Shown here: positions 43,835-53,972 of the stretch, in pieces
Layout of the letters: each line of letters begins with the position of its first letter
Numbering within the stretch: position 1 is the stretch's first letter
Virus record (IMG/VR): IMGVR_UViG_2582581241_000004
From: a virus
Length of the DNA: 64,000 nucleotides
Direction: 5' to 3' (one strand)
The notes under the pieces: model-generated
What the model saw: only the letters and a program-made list of their open reading frames with translations
Databases searched by the model: none
What the model was told of the DNA's origin: nothing
Translations under genes and position numbers: made by a program

Positions 43835-44791
43835 GTGGCCTACATCGATCCCGTCGCGGACAAGGAATCGCTCGGACTCGTCAACGGCGTCACGCAGGCG
43901 CGGGCCGACGCCGCGAGCGCGATGGTGGACGGCTATCTGCGCCGTCCCGAAGGGCTTCTGCACGTCGTGGATGATCTCGGTCGCCCGTCATACATGAGCG
44001 GCCTGAAGCCGACGGGAACGTGGACGCTCGGCGGGGATATCGCGCCGGGAGAATCCGTCGTCTGTTCGGTCGCCGGGATCGACAAGGACATGATCGGCGA
44101 CCTGATGGGCGAGGTTCTGGTCATCGACCGCGACACGGAAACGATGGAGGCGGTCTACGTCTCCGGCTATTCGAACAATCAAATCACGCTGGCGAGTGTC
44201 AAGTTCGCCCACACCGCAAGCGCGAAGATGGAGCGCGGCCTCGTTATCCTCGAGGAGCGAAAGCTTCCAAAAAGCCGTCCGACGATCCAATTGCGTCGTC
44301 CCGGCGTCGCCAAGGTGATCTCGATCGCCGGTCGCTACGGGCTGCCGCGCCACGGCGATCTGATACGCGGCGACTATCTGAACACCAGCCCGATGATTGT
44401 GAACATGGCGGTCCTCGGTCCGCCGGCATGGCAGCCGGTCAACATCTCTCAGGCGACGATCGACTCGACGACGGGAATGGTCTGGGTTCCGGCGTCCATT
44501 CTCGCCGTCTATTACACCGACGTCCGCCTCCGCTATGTCGCCGGCTGGACGCTCGACACGCTGCCCGATGCGGTGAGGATCGCCACGGCCGCGATAGCCA
44601 ACGCGATGGCGATGAGCAGCGACGTCCTGATGGGCGGCGCGCTGCGCGAAGCCAAGGCCGGCGACCAGAGCCTGAGAAGCGCCGCCCCGCAACGCGTCGG
44701 CAATCCGCGCACCGGCGGCGCCGATTCGCCGTATCTGACGCCGGAAGCCAGGGCGATGCTCGATCCATACAGGGCGAGGTCCTTCGCATGA
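43835..44791 (+). CDS. head-tail adaptor protein
   Basis: ASAMVDGYLRR; VRLRYVAGW..LPDAVRIAT..; AMLDPYR. Confidence 0.7.
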   Translation: MAYIDPVADKESLGLVNGVTQARADAASAMVDGYLRRPEGLLHVVDDLGRPSYMSGLKPTGTWTLGGDIAPGESVVCSVAGIDKDMIGDLMGEVLVIDRDTETMEAVYVSGYSNNQITLASVKFAHTASAKMERGLVILEERKLPKSRPTIQLRRPGVAKVISIAGRYGLPRHGDLIRGDYLNTSPMIVNMAVLGPPAWQPVNISQATIDSTTGMVWVPASILAVYYTDVRLRYVAGWTLDTLPDAVRIATAAIANAMAMSSDVLMGGALREAKAGDQSLRSAAPQRVGNPRTGGADSPYLTPEARAMLDPYRARSFA

Positions 44792-45138
44792 GCGCGCTTT
44801 ATCCGTTCAGAATTCGGGTTACGCGCTCGACGCCGAACGACGCGGTCGGCATCCAGCCCTACAAGGGCCGCACCGACGCGACCGACACCGTCGTCATCTG
44901 CGAATGCGACGCCTCGATTCAGGAGAAGGGCCAGGGCAAGGGCGCGTCGGAATCCCTGCCGACGGACGGGCGCAAGGGCGAGTGGATCGTTTTCATTCCG
45001 GCCTACGAAGGCGTTCCGTGGGATGCGATCCGCCAGGGAGACATCGTGCACGACAACCTCGGACGCCGGTTTCATGTCGTCAATGAATACCCGAACTTCA
45101 TGGGATGGAAGCTCCGCTGCGCGAGACTGAAAGTCTGA
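44788..45138 (+). CDS. head closure (head-tail joining) protein
   Basis: IRQGDIVHDNLGRRFHV; position. Confidence 0.65.
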   Translation: MSALYPFRIRVTRSTPNDAVGIQPYKGRTDATDTVVICECDASIQEKGQGKGASESLPTDGRKGEWIVFIPAYEGVPWDAIRQGDIVHDNLGRRFHVVNEYPNFMGWKLRCARLKV

Positions 45139-45461
45139 TGCGGAAGGGCGTCATCCACATCCTGCCAGACGACCGGCTGGGGTTTCTCTGCCCCGCCTGC
45201 GGCTGTCTGCACTTCGTCGACCATCGCTGGTCGTTCGCCGGCGACTACGACAGGCCGACGTTCTCGCCGAGCATTCGCGTCAATGGCGTCGCGGCGCCGA
45301 CCGACGAGGAGCTCGACGAATATGCGCGGACGCGAAAGCTGCCGGCGCCGCGCCCCTTCGTCTGCCATTCGTTCGTGACCGCCGGGAAAATTCAATTCCT
45401 GGGCGACTGCACGCACGAACTCGCCGGCAGGACGGTCGATCTAACGACGGGAGACGATTGA
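45138..45461 (+). CDS. DUF6527-like Cys/His protein
   Basis: CPACGCLH, W.F.GD.DRPTFSPSI, CHSFV..G.IQFLGDCTH.LAG. Confidence 0.7.
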   Translation: MRKGVIHILPDDRLGFLCPACGCLHFVDHRWSFAGDYDRPTFSPSIRVNGVAAPTDEELDEYARTRKLPAPRPFVCHSFVTAGKIQFLGDCTHELAGRTVDLTTGDD

Positions 45462-46294
45462 TGGCCGATCTTGTGGACGTCGAAACCGCAGTCGTCGCGC
45501 TCGTCGCGGACGCCGTCTATCCGAACGGGACGTCGCAGCCATCCGCCATCGTCGGCCCGAACGGCGTCGCCGCGCCGGTGAAGGTATTCGCCGGCTGGCC
45601 AGACAAGGACGAGCTCGACCGCGATCTCAAGGCGAAGAAGGTCACGATCTCCGTCTTCTCGGCGAACTCCGTCGAGACCTCCATGCCGATCTACAACCGC
45701 GATTGGCACGAGTTCATTCCGCCGGCGCCGACGCTCGAATGGACGGTGGACGGCTACGACGCGACGATCTCCGGAACGCCCGATCCGACGCAGGTGGCCT
45801 GGCTGCTGGTGGACGGCAAGGGCTATCCCTATCGGCCCTTGACGACCGATGGATTGCCGCAAATCGCCGCCGCCATCGCCGCGCAAATTCCCGGCGCCTC
45901 CGCGAACGGGGCGACCGTCACCGTCGCGCCGCCGACGAGATCGCTGGAAGGACGCGTCTCCGCCCAGGGCACTCTCATCCGCGAGATCAACCGGCAGAAG
46001 CACGAATTCCTGATTTCGATATGGGCGCCGAACAACGATTTGAGGACGGCGGCGGCGCGCGTCGTCGGCCCCGCGCTGATCGCGCCGATGTGGCTGCCGC
46101 TCGTCGACGGCACGAACGCCAAGTGGACCTACAGCCGCACGATGAACGTCGACGCCGAGCAGTTGGACGGCGTCTATCGCCGCGACTTCCGGCATTGGGC
46201 CGAGTATCCGACCGTCGAATTGAAACGGGCGCAAAGCGCTGTGATTGTCGGCGTGCAGATCGGCGGCTCTTCGTCGTCGAACACGGATCACTGA
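45458..46294 (+). CDS. tail completion/terminator-like protein
   Basis: MADLVDVETAVV..., upstream of the sheath gene. Confidence 0.6.
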   Translation: MMADLVDVETAVVALVADAVYPNGTSQPSAIVGPNGVAAPVKVFAGWPDKDELDRDLKAKKVTISVFSANSVETSMPIYNRDWHEFIPPAPTLEWTVDGYDATISGTPDPTQVAWLLVDGKGYPYRPLTTDGLPQIAAAIAAQIPGASANGATVTVAPPTRSLEGRVSAQGTLIREINRQKHEFLISIWAPNNDLRTAAARVVGPALIAPMWLPLVDGTNAKWTYSRTMNVDAEQLDGVYRRDFRHWAEYPTVELKRAQSAVIVGVQIGGSSSSNTDH

Positions 46295-46295
46295 C

Positions 46296-46502
46296 ATGCT
46301 CGTCGTCATCGGACATTTCGGAAAATACAAGCCCGGACAGGTCGTCGACGCCGCCGACGAGGCGGACGCGCTCGCCAAGCACCGGCGGGATGTCGTGCCG
46401 GTCGCGACGCCCAAGCCGGTCGACCCGAAGGCCGACAATTCGCCGAAGCCCGTCGAGATTCCGAAGCCGGCGCCGACCGAACCCGCCGCGCCGACGAACT
46501 GA
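46296..46502 (+). CDS. small Pro-rich protein
   Basis: FGKYKPGQVV; between tail completion and sheath genes. Confidence 0.55.
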   Translation: MLVVIGHFGKYKPGQVVDAADEADALAKHRRDVVPVATPKPVDPKADNSPKPVEIPKPAPTEPAAPTN

Positions 46503-46531
46503 CCGTCCCACGGATTCAAAGGAAACACTGA

Positions 46532-48085
46532 ATGATCACGCAGGACGGTCTCCTCAACACCACGTCGCTCTCGGTGCCCGGCGTCTATGTCGTCATCGTG
46601 CCGCCGCAGACGGTTCTCAACGGCGTGCCTTCGAACTATGTCGGCCTCGTCGGCGTGGCGTCCTGGGGACCGGTCAATCAGGCCGTCCCTCTCGGATCGC
46701 CGGCGCACATCCAGGCGTCGTTCGGCAACGTCGCGCTCCGCGACAATGACATCGCCACGCACGCGACCGTCGCCATGCAGCAGGGCGCCGCCGCCATTTT
46801 CGGCGTGCGCGTGACCGACGGCACGGACACCGCCGCGACGACCGGCGGAATCGTCAACGCCAATCTCGATTCAAAATATGTCGCGGCCATCGCCGACGCG
46901 ATCAACAACGGCCAGTCGCAGATTCGCGGGAAGTCCAATCTCGTCGTCGCTACCGTGGCGACCGTCGGCGGGAATCCGCAATTGACGGTTCACGGCCGCT
47001 ATACCGGCGTGCGCGGGAACTCCCTGTCCGTGTCCTTCACCAAGGGCACCAAGGCGGGCACGATACGCGTCTCCGTCGTCCTTGGATCGCTGCGAGAGGT
47101 CTTCGACAACATCGTCGGCCTTTCCGGAGCCGTCGCCCCCGCCGCGAATTTCTCCGTCGCCTTCACCGGCGGCACCGACGGTGCGGCTGGAGTGACCTCT
47201 TCGACGCTTCTCGGCGTCGATGGCCTCGTCCGCACGGGCCTCTACGTCCTGAGAAAGACCGGCATCGCGGCCTTCTCGCTGGCGGACAACACGGATTCCA
47301 CGACCTGGGCCGCCGAGTCCGAGTTCGCGATCTCCGAGGGATCCTACGCGATCACCACCGGCGCGCCGTCCGAGGACATCACGGACGCCATCACGGCCCT
47401 GCACACCGCCGGGATCGACACGCCGTGGGTCAAGCGGCTCCTCGGCGACTGGGTCTATTGGAACGACACCTTCAACGGCGTCTCCAAGCGGCTGGTGTCG
47501 CCCCAGGCGTTCACGCTCGGACTCTTCGGCGTCCTGTCGCCCCAGCATTCGGGCCTCAACAAGCAACTGAAGGGCGTCGTGGCGACCCAGCGTTCGGATT
47601 CCGGGCTCGGATATTCGTTCGCCGACATTTCGCTGATCAACACGAACGGGCTCGACGTCATCGCGTCGCCTTCGCCGGGCGGAAACTATTTCTCGCTCCA
47701 GAGCGGACTGAACACGTCTTCGGACGCTTCGGTGAACGGCGACAACTATCCGCGCCTGACCGGCATGATCGCACGCACCATCGACAAGGGCTGCGGCGTC
47801 TACGTCGGACAGCTTCAGGACGCCGATGTCCGCCAGCATGCCGCCGGGACGCTGAACTCCTATTTTCACGCTCTCCAGAGCGCGAAGATCATCGGGGATT
47901 CGAACGGCGGCGTCGCGTGGCAGGTCGTCATCGACGACAGCGTCAATGATCCGCTGCTGGTCGTGCTCGGCCAGATGAAGGCCTACGTCAAGGTCGTCTA
48001 TCTGAGCGTCATCCGCTTCTTTGTTGTCGACCTCGAAGCCGGTCAGACCGTTCAGATCACCGACGCCAACGGCTTCGGCGCGTAA
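46532..48085 (+). CDS. tail sheath protein
   Basis: VPGVYVVI, GLVGVASWGPVN, GVRGNSL, C-terminal sheath domain. Confidence 0.9.
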   Translation: MITQDGLLNTTSLSVPGVYVVIVPPQTVLNGVPSNYVGLVGVASWGPVNQAVPLGSPAHIQASFGNVALRDNDIATHATVAMQQGAAAIFGVRVTDGTDTAATTGGIVNANLDSKYVAAIADAINNGQSQIRGKSNLVVATVATVGGNPQLTVHGRYTGVRGNSLSVSFTKGTKAGTIRVSVVLGSLREVFDNIVGLSGAVAPAANFSVAFTGGTDGAAGVTSSTLLGVDGLVRTGLYVLRKTGIAAFSLADNTDSTTWAAESEFAISEGSYAITTGAPSEDITDAITALHTAGIDTPWVKRLLGDWVYWNDTFNGVSKRLVSPQAFTLGLFGVLSPQHSGLNKQLKGVVATQRSDSGLGYSFADISLINTNGLDVIASPSPGGNYFSLQSGLNTSSDASVNGDNYPRLTGMIARTIDKGCGVYVGQLQDADVRQHAAGTLNSYFHALQSAKIIGDSNGGVAWQVVIDDSVNDPLLVVLGQMKAYVKVVYLSVIRFFVVDLEAGQTVQITDANGFGA

Positions 48086-48102
48086 TCGAAGGGAACAGTA
48101 AA

Positions 48103-48552
48103 ATGGCAGTCGATACCGGCTATGGCGTCTTTTCAACCGGCGTAGACACGTCGCTGATCGTCGCCGATCCGCTCACGGGCCTTCCGCTGCGCTTCGGAAA
48201 CCTTACGGATTTCGACGCGAAACCGCAGTTCGACACGATCGAAAGCTATGGCATCGACGGCCTCAGCCGCACCGCGGACATGCCGAAGAACCACAAGCTG
48301 TCGTTCACCGTCGACCGCGACTCGCCCAACTTCGAGCGATGGGTGGCGGCGCGCGAGGAATCCTACTTCCGCGGAATTCCACCGAAGAACATAACGATCA
48401 CGCAGATCATCCGCGAGCCGGACGGTTCCATCTCGACGTATCTCTACACCGGCGTCGCAGTCAAGCCGACCGACTTCGGCGCGTGGAGCGGCGCGAAGAA
48501 GGTGACGATGAAGTGGGAAGGCACCGCGACGAGGAAGAGACGCCTGGTCTGA
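48103..48552 (+). CDS. tail tube protein
   Basis: 149 aa directly after the sheath gene. Confidence 0.75.
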   Translation: MAVDTGYGVFSTGVDTSLIVADPLTGLPLRFGNLTDFDAKPQFDTIESYGIDGLSRTADMPKNHKLSFTVDRDSPNFERWVAAREESYFRGIPPKNITITQIIREPDGSISTYLYTGVAVKPTDFGAWSGAKKVTMKWEGTATRKRRLV

Positions 48553-48609
48553 TCGGTTCATACTGAAACATGGCGGACGTGGAGTCCGCCGAAACGAGGT
48601 CTTAAAAAC

Positions 48610-48960
48610 ATGGCTACCCAGTTCGAAGCGACCGAGAGCAAAACCGAACGGACGTTCGTGTCGAAAAACGGTCGCAGGATCACGATCCGCAAGATCAACG
48701 GCGCCCGTCGCATGCAGTTCCTTCGGGTTCTCGGGTCCGATCTCGCCGCCAATGCGGCATATCTGTCGCTTGCCGCCATCATCGTCTCCATTTCCAAGGT
48801 CGGAGAGGAGCCGTTCCCGTTTCCGAATAACCCGTTTCAGATCGAGGCTCTGATGGAGCGCTTCGACGAGGACGGCACGGCGGAAGAGGTCGCGATCGCT
48901 TATCGCGACGCATTCATGGTCGAGGCCGAAGGGGACGCCGCAGCCGCAAAAAACTCGTAG
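48610..48960 (+). CDS. tail assembly chaperone (G)
   Basis: between tube and tape measure genes; ends at A AAA AAC TCG TAG. Confidence 0.75.
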   Translation: MATQFEATESKTERTFVSKNGRRITIRKINGARRMQFLRVLGSDLAANAAYLSLAAIIVSISKVGEEPFPFPNNPFQIEALMERFDEDGTAEEVAIAYRDAFMVEAEGDAAAAKNS

Positions 48961-49127
48961 AGGATCCCGAGTTCCGCATGATCGCCTATTGCGTGCGGAA
49001 CGGGGTCCCGAAATCTGAAGCCGAGGAGATGGACTACCACGAACTGGTCGCATGGACCGTCGTCAACGGGGAGTTCGAGACCGGCAAGAGCTACGACTGG
49101 GACAACAGGCGATGGCCGAAGGAATAG
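48948..49127 (+). other. -1 programmed frameshift site and G-T extension
   Basis: slippery AAAAAAC at 48948-54; -1 frame open to TAG at 49125-27 (KLVEDPEFRMIAYCVRNGVP...WDNRRWPKE). Confidence 0.8.
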
Positions 49128-49139
49128 CAGGAGCGAACG

Positions 49140-49676
49140 ATGTCCTTCTCCGTCGCCGAATTCGTCAAGGAACTCCTCCGAGTCTTGCACCTGCTTCCCG
49201 CTGCGGAGCGTGTCGCGCTCGAAGCGGCATGCAAGATCATCCTTGAGGAGGCCAAGTCGATGCCCGGCGAATACCAGGCGGGCGCCGGGCCGTTCAATAC
49301 ATGGGCGCCGCTCGCGCAGCGCACGCTCAACGATAAGATAACCGGCGGATGGCCGGTTCCGTCGCCGCTGAAGCGCACAGGTGAACTCGCCGAGTCCTAC
49401 GAATACAAGATCAAGGGCAACGAGGCATGGGTTGGGTCAAACAATCCAAAGGCGACCTGGCAGGAACTCGGAACCTCCAGAATTCCGCCTCGGCCAATCC
49501 TCGGTATCGCCGCCGCGCGGCATGAGAAGGAAATCGTCGAACTCGTCGGACGCTCGGTCTATGAGGCGCTGATCGGGCGAAATCTCCATGGCATCGTCAA
49601 CGAAGGCAAGGCTGCGGGAATGCAGACGACGATGAACGTTCCGCCTAAGCCGAGGACTTGGGGCTTTAAGCCATGA
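49140..49676 (+). CDS. HK97 gp10-like / virion morphogenesis neck protein
   Basis: WAPLAQRT, PLKRTGELAES, QELGTSRIPPRPILG. Confidence 0.75.
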   Translation: MSFSVAEFVKELLRVLHLLPAAERVALEAACKIILEEAKSMPGEYQAGAGPFNTWAPLAQRTLNDKITGGWPVPSPLKRTGELAESYEYKIKGNEAWVGSNNPKATWQELGTSRIPPRPILGIAAARHEKEIVELVGRSVYEALIGRNLHGIVNEGKAAGMQTTMNVPPKPRTWGFKP

Positions 49677-51862
49677 GCGGCGGATCGGTCTACGAGATCG
49701 GGATGAGGATGACGCTGGCGGGAAATGCCGCCGGCGCGCTCGCCGGTATCATCGCGCAGATGGGCCACATCCACCAGCTCGAAGGCAAGATCGAGAAAGG
49801 GTTCCACAGTTGGAACGCCGCCATAATCGGAGCCGGAGTGGCGACGGTTGGCGCCGGCGTGCTCAAGATGGCCGGTCACTTCGAGCAAGCTGGCGAAAAA
49901 CTCGCGCACGCGCAGAATATCCTTGCCGCAAGTCTGCCTGACGCGTCGCGGGCGATGGATATGCAGATCGCGAAGACATCGGCTTATGCCGAGGCCGGCA
50001 GAAATCTGAACACGACGCTCGCCGACAACATCACTCACCTGAACGACCTGAACAATGTCGTCCAGGACATGCATGAATCGACGCTCATCCTTCCCGTGTT
50101 CAACGACTTGCAGACGGCTTTCGACTTCGTTGGAACCGATAAGACATCCCACGCGAGGAGCGCGAAGAACCTTGCCGACCTCGCCCGCGCATTCGAGCTT
50201 GCTGGGCGCAACACGCCCGAGGCAATGAAGGACATCGGCGAGGAGTTCAAGAAAACCGTCATCGGTCTCCGCGGCCAAGTCAACGGCTCCATGATGTTCC
50301 AGGCACTGTCGTCGGCGCAGCTCTATCGCGGAGGCTATAGCGACGACTTCCTGACCAAGGGACTGCCCGCGATGTCGAACGTGATGAAGGGACGCCTCGG
50401 CACGGCCCTGAATGCGATCGGATCGAACCTCGTCGGCGGCACTTCGTCTAGCGAGATGCAAGCGAACTTCCAGGAGAAGTGGGGTCTTCACAAAGAATCC
50501 GACAGGCTGATGATCGACGGCAAGTTCAAGGGCTTCAAGCCCGGATCGCTGTGGCACTCGCAGGAGGCGACAGAGGACCCGCTGCTTTGGGCCTTCGAGT
50601 TCCGCAAGATGCTCCACGACGAGAAGGGCGTGAACGTCGAAAGCACGAAGGAGATGTTCCAGGTCGTCATGGAGATCTCCAAGGGCAATAAGCTCCTCGG
50701 CGGAGCCCTCGGCGAGCTGCTGATGCCGAAGACCTTCCACCAGCTCGAGAAGGAGCACAACAAGATCGCGGGGGTCAACCTCGAAAACGTGCGCGAGCAG
50801 ATGGAGAAGGATCCGGCAATGTGGCGCAAGCGTCTCCACGACCAATGGGAGAATTTCGAGGAATCCTTTGGCGTCGCGCTCGTGAACCCGTTCGTAAATC
50901 ATATTCTCAAGCCGATCACCGAGGGACTGCGTGACGTGTCGCAGTGGGCAATTCAGAATCCCGAGACCGTCAAGGAGATCATGAGGATCCTCGTCGGCGT
51001 CGGAGCCGGATTGGTTGCGCTCGGCGGAATCATGATCGGAGGCGCGTTGATGGCAGCCATCGGCCCCGCCGGATGGCTGATCGCTGGAATGGTCGCTCTC
51101 GGAGCCTATTTCGGGACAGGAGGCAAGGCATTTGCGTCCACCGGCGGCTTCGCGGCGAAGGCCGAAAAATGGGGCACGAAGCTGAAGGACTCTATCGTCG
51201 CAAAGTTCAATGCGATCGATTGGGCCGGTGTCTGGACGTCCGCCAAGGGCATCGGTTCAAAGATCCTCGGTGGCGTTGGCAAACTTTTCGAGTCGGCATT
51301 CTCCGGCATCGAGGGATGGGCGTCCAGTGGAGGATTCGGAAAGGCGCTCGAATCCATGAAGGCTTGGGCCACTGGATCGTTTCTCCCATGGTTGCTCGGT
51401 TCCTTCACGGACGACCTCTACGCATTCTCCGTCAAGGGAAGCCAATATGCGGTGAGACTGGCCGGCGTCGTCTTCAATATGATGGCCGATCTCGGCGGCT
51501 TCCTCATGAAGGAGATGGCCGGTCTTCCAGGCATGGTGTCGTCGGCGATTTCCGCCGCGATCGCCGGCATCGGGGAATTGATCAAGAAGGCCATCGGAAG
51601 CTTTTGGTCGTGGGGAACGACGCCGCTCTTTGGGCCGCACGCCGGGACTCCAATGGGCGGCGCAGCGGAGCCTGCACAGCAGAAGCAAAGCTACGTTCCT
51701 CCGGCACAGACCGACAAGCAGTCTTCCACGGTCATCATGCAGGTGGACGGCCAGAAGATCGGCGAGGTCGCGGCGAGCTACATCGGTCGCAGCGGCACAT
51801 ACCCGCTGTCGCCGTCGTTTAACGATTCCCACGGCAACTTCTCGCTGCCGGCGTTCAATTGA
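49673..51862 (+). CDS. tape measure protein
   Basis: 729 aa, Ala/Gly-rich helical with hydrophobic segments; after the chaperone. Confidence 0.8.
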   Translation: MSGGSVYEIGMRMTLAGNAAGALAGIIAQMGHIHQLEGKIEKGFHSWNAAIIGAGVATVGAGVLKMAGHFEQAGEKLAHAQNILAASLPDASRAMDMQIAKTSAYAEAGRNLNTTLADNITHLNDLNNVVQDMHESTLILPVFNDLQTAFDFVGTDKTSHARSAKNLADLARAFELAGRNTPEAMKDIGEEFKKTVIGLRGQVNGSMMFQALSSAQLYRGGYSDDFLTKGLPAMSNVMKGRLGTALNAIGSNLVGGTSSSEMQANFQEKWGLHKESDRLMIDGKFKGFKPGSLWHSQEATEDPLLWAFEFRKMLHDEKGVNVESTKEMFQVVMEISKGNKLLGGALGELLMPKTFHQLEKEHNKIAGVNLENVREQMEKDPAMWRKRLHDQWENFEESFGVALVNPFVNHILKPITEGLRDVSQWAIQNPETVKEIMRILVGVGAGLVALGGIMIGGALMAAIGPAGWLIAGMVALGAYFGTGGKAFASTGGFAAKAEKWGTKLKDSIVAKFNAIDWAGVWTSAKGIGSKILGGVGKLFESAFSGIEGWASSGGFGKALESMKAWATGSFLPWLLGSFTDDLYAFSVKGSQYAVRLAGVVFNMMADLGGFLMKEMAGLPGMVSSAISAAIAGIGELIKKAIGSFWSWGTTPLFGPHAGTPMGGAAEPAQQKQSYVPPAQTDKQSSTVIMQVDGQKIGEVAASYIGRSGTYPLSPSFNDSHGNFSLPAFN

Positions 51863-51872
51863 GGCTGACGCC

Positions 51873-52628
51873 ATGGAACCGCAATTCCAACTGAAGCTCG
51901 GCAACTTCGTCTTCCAGGAATTCGAGATTCCCTCGAAGATCACGGGTCTCGGCGGCAAGCAGACGATCGCGAAATCCCAGCTCATCGGCGGCCTGCGGGT
52001 CGTCGATGCGATGGGCGCCGACAATGCCGATCTGTCGTGGGATGGACGCTTTCGCGGTATCGACGCGCTGAAGCGGGCGCAGACGCTCGACCGGATGCGG
52101 AAGGGGGGCGAGGTCTTCCAGTTGCGGTGGGGCGGCCTGTATTACGAGGTCGTGATCTCGGATTTCACGTTCGACTATCTGCGAATGCAGGAGATCGAAT
52201 ACAGGATCACGGTTGTCGTGGTCTACGACTCCAACACGGTGTTCGTTCCGCCCGCGCCGGCGGAGTCCCTCGTGCAGTCCGACCTCGACGCGGCGTCGAA
52301 GCTCACGAATGTGGGCCAGAATATCCTCGACGGCGTGAATTCGCTCTCGACCGCCCTGGAAGCCGTCGGCCCGTTGGCGATGGCGGCGACGTCCACCGTC
52401 GTCTCCCTGGCGTCGCAGGCGACGTCCATTGCATCCGAGGCGTCGTCGGCATTCGTCGCGGCCCAGTCCGCCGCGTCGGCCATCATCGCCTCCCCCGGCG
52501 GCAACCCGGCGGAGATCGCGGCGAATCTCGTCGCGCTCGACGGCTATCACGACGAATCCATCGACGCCGGCGGCATCGCGAATCTGATGACACGGGCGGC
52601 GATCAACCTGACGGGCGCCGCGCAATGA
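51873..52628 (+). CDS. tail tube initiator / baseplate protein
   Basis: LKLGNFVF..FEIP, IGGLRVVD.MG, LSWDGRF. Confidence 0.7.
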   Translation: MEPQFQLKLGNFVFQEFEIPSKITGLGGKQTIAKSQLIGGLRVVDAMGADNADLSWDGRFRGIDALKRAQTLDRMRKGGEVFQLRWGGLYYEVVISDFTFDYLRMQEIEYRITVVVVYDSNTVFVPPAPAESLVQSDLDAASKLTNVGQNILDGVNSLSTALEAVGPLAMAATSTVVSLASQATSIASEASSAFVAAQSAASAIIASPGGNPAEIAANLVALDGYHDESIDAGGIANLMTRAAINLTGAAQ

Positions 52629-52861
52629 CGATCCAGACTCCCGTTCCCGCAAAGCGGGTATCCGTCAGCAACGTGTCGCTCTACGACGTCGCGCTGCAAT
52701 ATCTGGGCGACGCGACGCAGTGGTATCGGATCGCCCAGGCGAATCCCGGCATCGTCAACGGCCTCACCGCCGGCGGCTGCGTCGATCCGATGATACGGGG
52801 GACCGTCACGCTGACGATTCCACCGACGGGCAAGGCGTCCAATGGCGGCATTCTCGACTGA
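52625..52861 (+). CDS. LysM/tail-X-like baseplate protein
   Basis: SLYDVALQYLGDATQWYRIAQAN. Confidence 0.7.
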   Translation: MTIQTPVPAKRVSVSNVSLYDVALQYLGDATQWYRIAQANPGIVNGLTAGGCVDPMIRGTVTLTIPPTGKASNGGILD

Positions 52862-53972
52862 AACCGCGCGAAAGATCTGGGCCTACGTGGAGATCGACGG
52901 CGTAAGCATTCCCGTCGTCTCGGCGTCCTGCGCCATATCGAAGCTCGCCGCGTCGAACAATTTTTCCGCCGAACTTCCGTTGCACTACGGCGACGCCGAC
53001 ACGGCGTTCTGGGCGGCGCTGACTTCGAAATCCAAATGCTCGCTGTTTGTCTCCGACGGCAAGCAGACCAAGCGGATGGTGTCCGCCCCGCTCGACAGCC
53101 TCGATCTGAAATTCGCGTCGCAGCGCGTCTCGATCTCGGCGAGGTCGTCCGACAGGAAAGCCTTGAACGCGAAGTCCAACGAGCAGTGGCACAACCGCAA
53201 GCCGACGGAGGTCGTCAAGGACATCGCCGACCGCCACGGCTGGAATTTCGTCACCGACGACGTGGAGGACACGTCGCAGGACGATCAGGCCGGCAAGATG
53301 CACCACCTCGACAACGTCAAGATCACCGACTCCGACACCGAATGGGGCGTCATCCAGAAGCTCGCAGAGGAGGAAGGCGTCAACGCGTGGCTGGACGGCG
53401 ACACGCTGTATTTCAAGGAGGCGGACGACGACAACGACGACGTCTATGTCGTCAACTACAAGGCTCCCAGCCCCGTGCACGCCGCCTTCGCCGACTTCAT
53501 CGACCTCAAGATCACGCGCCACCTCGGCGCCGGGAAGGCCGTGCGCTGCCACACCCATTCGTGGCATTCGAAATCGAAGAAGGTCGTCCACGGCAAGCAC
53601 GAGATCGCCGGCGACGACGACAAGGACGCGCTGGAATATCACGAGCGCGTCGCGAACCTGTCGCAGCACAAGGCCGACAGGCGCGCCCGCAAGAACGCCA
53701 GGAAGCATGCGCGGCACGAGATCACGATCAGTCTCGACATGCCCGGCGACCTGGACTGCAACCCGTCGAAGCGCCTCGAACTGAGGGGAACCGGCGGCTT
53801 CGACCACATCTACTACATCGACACCGTGAACTATTCGATCGGCGACGGGCTGCGGATGACGATCGACGCCAAGAACACCAAGCCGGGCCGCAAGGGCGGC
53901 GGCGGAAAGACCAGGGCGGCGCCGAAGAGCACCAAGGCTCCCCTGCCGCCCAAGAGACCGACGGGGCTGTGA
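52842..53972 (+). CDS. baseplate hub protein (GpD/gp44-like)
   Basis: DTEWGVIQKLAEEEG..WLDGDTLYF; position. Confidence 0.75.
   Translation: MAAFSTETARKIWAYVEIDGVSIPVVSASCAISKLAASNNFSAELPLHYGDADTAFWAALTSKSKCSLFVSDGKQTKRMVSAPLDSLDLKFASQRVSISARSSDRKALNAKSNEQWHNRKPTEVVKDIADRHGWNFVTDDVEDTSQDDQAGKMHHLDNVKITDSDTEWGVIQKLAEEEGVNAWLDGDTLYFKEADDDNDDVYVVNYKAPSPVHAAFADFIDLKITRHLGAGKAVRCHTHSWHSKSKKVVHGKHEIAGDDDKDALEYHERVANLSQHKADRRARKNARKHARHEITISLDMPGDLDCNPSKRLELRGTGGFDHIYYIDTVNYSIGDGLRMTIDAKNTKPGRKGGGGKTRAAPKSTKAPLPPKRPTGL

Noticed and set aside
48563-48605. Hammerhead-like string CUGAAACAU-GGCGGAC/GUCCGCC-GAAAC-GAG-GUC upstream of the tail chaperone
   Set aside because: Core lacks G8-A9 (CUGANGA), stem I cannot form and stem III is only 2 bp; more likely a simple leader hairpin
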